Assembly: GCF_000143415.4 (NCBI RefSeq)
Contig: NW_003314295.1
Location: forward strand, 747,038-811,037
Direction of reading: 5' to 3'
Source of the DNA: Selaginella moellendorffii
Lineage: Eukaryota > Plantae > Lycopodiophyta
DNA: 64,000 nucleotides
Numbering within the stretch: the stretch's first letter is position 1; every line of letters starts with the position of its first letter. Of this stretch, positions 63,830 to 64,000 are shown piece after piece. Under the pieces are notes generated by a model that was not told the origin of the DNA, ran no database searches, and saw only the letters and a program-made list of their open reading frames with translations. The position numbers and the translations under genes are program-made.

Positions 63830-64000
63830 CTTGTAGAGACACTGGATGGCTGGTTGAGAGGCAATGTAGGAGGTAAATGCGAATGCATATGCAGTGCCCC
63901 GAAGCCGGAATTTATTTCGAACCAAGGCTAGCAAACAAAGCCACTGGAATCACAATGTACCGGGCAGAATCTCAGTTTTTGTTATTTTCCCAAAGAATTG

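Overview
Gene-dense land-plant nuclear DNA with many 50-70 nt GT-AG introns. Intron size, PLS-type PPR style and a cilia-type PTPDC1 gene suggest a lycophyte such as Selaginella (inference). Apparently intact genes: three MacroD-type macrodomain genes, SFT1/Bet1-like SNARE, two-B3-domain protein, U1-70K, PTPDC1-like phosphatase, AGC2 kinase, a TPVRRSSR-type membrane protein, CLU/FMT, TIC21, WAT1/UMAMIT, UFC1, cytochrome b5 reductase, and four copies of a microexon-built secreted Ser/Pro-rich protein. Decayed material: a 4-11 kb tract of pseudogenes (F-box, histidinol dehydrogenase, plastid-type protein, kelch), F-box remnants at 22-24 kb, a degenerate ~2 kb duplicate at 33.6-35.7 kb and a nested tandem array from 48.8 kb to the end. 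Best candidate for a new system is the macrodomain trio. One canonical enzyme carries repeated (F/L)QFG(S/T) motifs resembling G3BP-binding motifs. Two tandem, probably plastid-targeted paralogues naturally carry the loop-2 G->E change used experimentally to abolish ADP-ribose binding. Also notable: two gene-breaking inversions bounded by 5-7 bp inverted repeats, and candidate poison splice elements in U1-70K. Exon models were read by eye and homology calls are from motif recognition, not database searches.
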